This document shows, in pieces, positions 60,557 to 64,000 of a stretch of 64,000 nucleotides of DNA. Made by a program: the position numbers and the translations under genes. The notes beneath the pieces were generated by a model, which saw only the letters and a program-made list of their open reading frames with translations, was not told the origin of the DNA and made no database searches. Positions within the stretch are counted from its first letter, which is position 1. Every line of letters begins with the position of its first letter. The stretch covers positions 448,001-512,000 of the forward strand of contig JAVYWL010000001.1 of NCBI GenBank assembly GCA_038727135.1. Direction: 5' to 3'. This stretch comes from Candidatus Bathyarchaeia archaeon (GTDB lineage Archaea > Thermoproteota > Bathyarchaeia > Bathyarchaeales > Bathycorpusculaceae).

Positions 60557-61153
60557 GTGTTGAAATTGGAAAACAAAGTTATAATTGGTATAGACTTGGC
60601 GGGTAAAGAGGAAAACCCTACGGGTTTAGCGGTCTGGCGAAACAAAAGCGTGGAAACATGCCTAATTTACACGGATAAGGAAATTTTGGAAAATGTTGCA
60701 CGTACAAACCCAAAAATTGTGGCAATAGATGCGCCACTGAAACCCCCGAAAAGTGGGATTTTTAGAAAAGCAGACAAGGAGCTAATCAAAAAAGGTTACC
60801 GCGTTTTTCCACCAGGCCTGCCAGCTATGAAAACGTTAACCCTTCGGGCAATTAGGCTAAATAGGTTAATAATAGAGATGGGTGTACAAACAATAGAAGT
60901 GCACCCAACCTCGACAAGAAAGGCTCTAGGCATGCCAGCAAAAGACTGGAAAACAATACAAAACATTCTAAACCGTATCGGCCTAGCTGGGTCTATAAGC
61001 CAGCGTATATTGGCGCCGCACGAGATAGACGCTGTAACAGCAGCCCTAACGGGTTACTTTTACGTGAAAGGCTTAACAGAAAGCGTGGGCGACCGTGAGG
61101 AAGGCTTCATCGTGGTTCCAATAAAGCGAGATTGGAGAGAAATAAGGCTATGA
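60557..61153 (+). CDS. DUF429 family RNase H-fold protein
   Basis: GIDLAG, AIDAPL, IEVHP, HEIDA. Confidence 0.87.
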   Translation: MLKLENKVIIGIDLAGKEENPTGLAVWRNKSVETCLIYTDKEILENVARTNPKIVAIDAPLKPPKSGIFRKADKELIKKGYRVFPPGLPAMKTLTLRAIRLNRLIIEMGVQTIEVHPTSTRKALGMPAKDWKTIQNILNRIGLAGSISQRILAPHEIDAVTAALTGYFYVKGLTESVGDREEGFIVVPIKRDWREIRL

Positions 61154-62730
61154 GCTTTCCGGAGAAGCTTCAAAAGGCTGTCGAGCTTACTATAGCAGCG
61201 GGTTACCAGCTTAATAAAGAGGCCTTTGAGTTCTTAAATGAGGCATCTGCAACTGAAGACCCCGTAGAAATTATGAGCAAGGCACTGGCCAAAATAGAAA
61301 CATTAAAGGATAAACCCCTTTTCATTGAAAGAAGCCTTTTAGAAGAGCTTGTAAAAAAGCCTGAACGCGTTGAAACCCCTTCTTTAGCACCGCAGACAAA
61401 GGAGGAGTCTCTACACGCAATCCTTCAAGAAACACACGTGCAGTCGCAATTAGTCCTTGAGGGGAGGAGACTTTTCCGTCCATACGCCAAAGAGGTAGAA
61501 GCTGAAATTAAGATTATTGAGGACGCTGGCAGTAAACTAAGCTCAAGCGGAACATTAGAAGATTATCTTGAATATTTCCGAGATAGGTTTAACCGAATCG
61601 AAAAACTGCTAAAGCAAAGGATAGACGTAAGAGGCGCGGTTTCAATTGCCGACGCGGTAAGAGCCTCACCTAACACAAAACTCAAAGTAATTGGCATGAT
61701 AACAGAGAAAAGGGAAGCCAAACAAAAAATTCTTTTAACGTTAGAAGATCTCAGCGCAAGCGCCACTGTTCTGGTGCCACAAAACGCTCCTCCCGACCTT
61801 TTGACCAAAGCAAGGGCACTCTTGTTGGACCAAGTTATTTGTGTTAGCGTAACTAAGACACGAGGAAACTTGTTAATAGTTGAAGACATCATCCTCCCAG
61901 ATATCGCCCCTAAAAATCCGAATAGGGCTGATGTCCCTGTTTACGCCGTGCTCACTTCAGATTTGCATGTGGGCAGTGCAAAATTCCAAGATCACCTTTT
62001 TAACAGGTTTGTTTTGTGGCTAAAAGGGGAATATGGAAATGGGCAAATGCGGGAAATGGCTAGCCATGTAAAATATGTTTTGATAGCCGGCGACATCGTT
62101 GACGGTATAGGCGTGTACCCAAATCAAGTTAAGGAACTTGCAATAAGAGACATTTATGGGCAATACAGGTTGGCCTCAAAGCTCATTAAGCAAATTCCGG
62201 ATTACATTGAAATCACAATTATTCCGGGAAACCATGACGCCCCAAGAAAGGCCTTACCTCAACCGTCAATACCCGACGCCTTTTTAGAGAAGCTTCATGA
62301 TGTAAGCAACATCCACCTTGTTGGAAACCCATGCCTTCTTAGCCTCCACGGTGTTGAGGTTCTCATGTACCATGGTCGAAGCCTCGACGACATAATCTCC
62401 ACAGTCCCGGGAATAAGTTACACTCAGCCAGAAAAAGCCATGACCCTACTTTTGCAGTGTCGCCACCTGGCACCAGTTTATGGAGGAAAAACCCCCATCG
62501 CGCCTGAAAGCAAAGATCGCCTCGTCATAGAACGGGTACCCGATATTTTCCATGCCGGGCACATTCACACGGTCGGCCATACAAATTACAGAGGTGTCAC
62601 CGTCATTAACTCTGGGTGCTGGCAGGAGCAGACCGAATACATGCGAAGGCAAGGGTTAACCCCAATGCCGGGCCTAGCGCCAGTGGTAAACCTTCAAACA
62701 TTGGATGTAAAAATTATTTCATTTGTCTAA
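61150..62730 (+). CDS. polB: DNA polymerase D small subunit (DP1)
   Basis: SDLHVGS, GDIVDG.G.YP.Q, PGNHD, HGRS, RHLAP, GHIH. Confidence 0.95.
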   Translation: MSFPEKLQKAVELTIAAGYQLNKEAFEFLNEASATEDPVEIMSKALAKIETLKDKPLFIERSLLEELVKKPERVETPSLAPQTKEESLHAILQETHVQSQLVLEGRRLFRPYAKEVEAEIKIIEDAGSKLSSSGTLEDYLEYFRDRFNRIEKLLKQRIDVRGAVSIADAVRASPNTKLKVIGMITEKREAKQKILLTLEDLSASATVLVPQNAPPDLLTKARALLLDQVICVSVTKTRGNLLIVEDIILPDIAPKNPNRADVPVYAVLTSDLHVGSAKFQDHLFNRFVLWLKGEYGNGQMREMASHVKYVLIAGDIVDGIGVYPNQVKELAIRDIYGQYRLASKLIKQIPDYIEITIIPGNHDAPRKALPQPSIPDAFLEKLHDVSNIHLVGNPCLLSLHGVEVLMYHGRSLDDIISTVPGISYTQPEKAMTLLLQCRHLAPVYGGKTPIAPESKDRLVIERVPDIFHAGHIHTVGHTNYRGVTVINSGCWQEQTEYMRRQGLTPMPGLAPVVNLQTLDVKIISFV

Positions 62731-63260
62731 GACAAGCCACGAGCAATTAGTCTAGCAACGCGAAGCGGTTCCGGCACACGGCCACAAACAATAAAACTTG
62801 TTATAAACTGGCTGGCCCACTCCGCATTTGCCCCAACAACCTCAAAATATAATGGAGCCTCTTTATCAAACACCTTAACTTTATGAATTGGCCCCAATTT
62901 TGCAAAAACTTCCCAGTGTCTTTTCCAGTCTTCGAAATGTCGCATAAGTGCCCTTTTAACAGCCCTATTATCAGGCTTTGCCCTTGCCACAATGACTATT
63001 GGTCTATGAAAGGCGCCAGAAAGAGCCAAAGGGTCTATAACGTTGAAGCCGGCAAAGGACACCCCAGCAAGCATGACCGCCTCAAAATCCCAACACTTCA
63101 AGATTTCTGCAGCTTTTTCTGTCGCATCTAATCCATCAACAGTTATCCACTTGAAAGCTACATCCTCAATCCTTAACCCCTTAAAAAGGACAGCGACCAA
63201 AAGAGCCTTTTTATCAACGCCTTTTACAAAGCTTCCATCTTCAATTCCTACTACTCGCAT
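62727..63260 (-). CDS. DUF99 family (endonuclease V-like) protein
   Basis: GIEDG, VDGLDAT, FAGFNVID, PEPLRVA. Confidence 0.88.
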   Translation of the reverse strand: MRVVGIEDGSFVKGVDKKALLVAVLFKGLRIEDVAFKWITVDGLDATEKAAEILKCWDFEAVMLAGVSFAGFNVIDPLALSGAFHRPIVIVARAKPDNRAVKRALMRHFEDWKRHWEVFAKLGPIHKVKVFDKEAPLYFEVVGANAEWASQFITSFIVCGRVPEPLRVARLIARGLS

Positions 63261-64000
63261 TCTTTGAAAGGCATCTGGGCTCATAATCAATCAAGCGTCC
63301 AAGCCTACTGTCATTAGAGAAGGCTTCTTTAATAAGGGTGCGCGTCACTTCCATGCGGATCTTTTTCGTCCGTCCATAGCGCCCCATGCTTACAACTTGA
63401 GCGTTCAGCAAACCCAAAGCATCAAGCTCGTTGACCAAAGTGCTAACACGCCTTTGAGTTAAAGGTGTTACAGCCAGCTCACTGCAAAGCTCATTATATA
63501 CTTCATATATCTCACCCGTAACCGCACGGTAACCATTAGCCCTAACAAGGTGATAGACGCTCAACATCACAAGCTTAGAGTGCAAGGTTAAATTTGCCAA
63601 GGCGTCAACAACCCTATTATGCTCTATAAGCCTTTCAGCCTCACGGACATGTTCCTCGGTGACGACGCCTGCACCCTTACGTTCTGCAACCTCGCCTGCC
63701 ACTCTGAGCAAATCCAAAGCCCTCCGCGCATCACCATGCTCAGCAGCAGCCAAAGCCGCACAAAGGCTCAAGGCTCCCTCGCTAAGGGCTCCCTCTCTGA
63801 AGGCTATCTGCGCCCGCTCAGCCAAAATATTCCGCAGTTCAGCCGCATTATAGGGCCTAAAGACAATTTCCTCCTCACTTAGAGAGCTTAAAACTCGGGG
63901 ATCTAAGAACTCCTTTAGACGTAAATCATTTGAAATGCCAATTATGGAGACTTTACTGCGCTTTAATGTTTCGTTAATCCTTGTAAGTTCGTATAAGAGA
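63241..64000 (-). CDS. cdc6: Orc1/Cdc6 replication initiator, partial (5' part beyond the window)
   Basis: IIGISND, LDPRV.SSL, F.PY.A.EL, GDARRALDLLR, C-terminal wHTH with G.YGRT. Confidence 0.93.
   Translation of the reverse strand, partial: LLYELTRINETLKRSKVSIIGISNDLRLKEFLDPRVLSSLSEEEIVFRPYNAAELRNILAERAQIAFREGALSEGALSLCAALAAAEHGDARRALDLLRVAGEVAERKGAGVVTEEHVREAERLIEHNRVVDALANLTLHSKLVMLSVYHLVRANGYRAVTGEIYEVYNELCSELAVTPLTQRRVSTLVNELDALGLLNAQVVSMGRYGRTKKIRMEVTRTLIKEAFSNDSRLGRLIDYEPRCLSKNASSRN

Noticed and set aside
590-63882. Many short antisense or overlapping ORFs in the track, and any CRISPR or IS elements
   Set aside because: The ORFs are shadows of well-supported genes; no repeat-spacer array or transposase seen
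60471-64000. Replication origin near DP1/cdc6
   Set aside because: No ORB repeats recognised; the cdc6 upstream region lies outside the window

Overview
Archaeal chromosomal segment, mostly core genes. The combination of PolD small subunit, Ftr/H4MPT genes, a non-canonical tRNA intron and very frequent TTG/GTG starts suggests a TACK-lineage archaeon, most likely Bathyarchaeia; bpsA suggests a thermophile (both are inferences). It carries two ribosomal-protein/translation clusters, tRNA-splicing genes (archease, rtcB, endA), four tRNAs (two with introns), glyS, asnS, a K+-independent membrane PPase, a P2A ATPase, and DP1 plus a partial cdc6 at the right edge. I saw no CRISPR array, transposase or integrase. 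Most notable: (1) a four-gene operon resembling a transcobalamin-like B12 capture system feeding an ECF S component, under a perfect 21-bp palindrome; (2) a ~30-bp mRNA hairpin burying the SD and start codon of speD in a speD-bpsA-GNAT polyamine operon; (3) a structured, SD-sequestering asnS leader; (4) a methylotroph-type NAD(P)-dependent Mtd next to ftr; (5) a CUG start for ribosomal protein L10/P0; (6) two genes each split by a single-base loss in a homopolymer. All family calls are by motif recognition, not database search.
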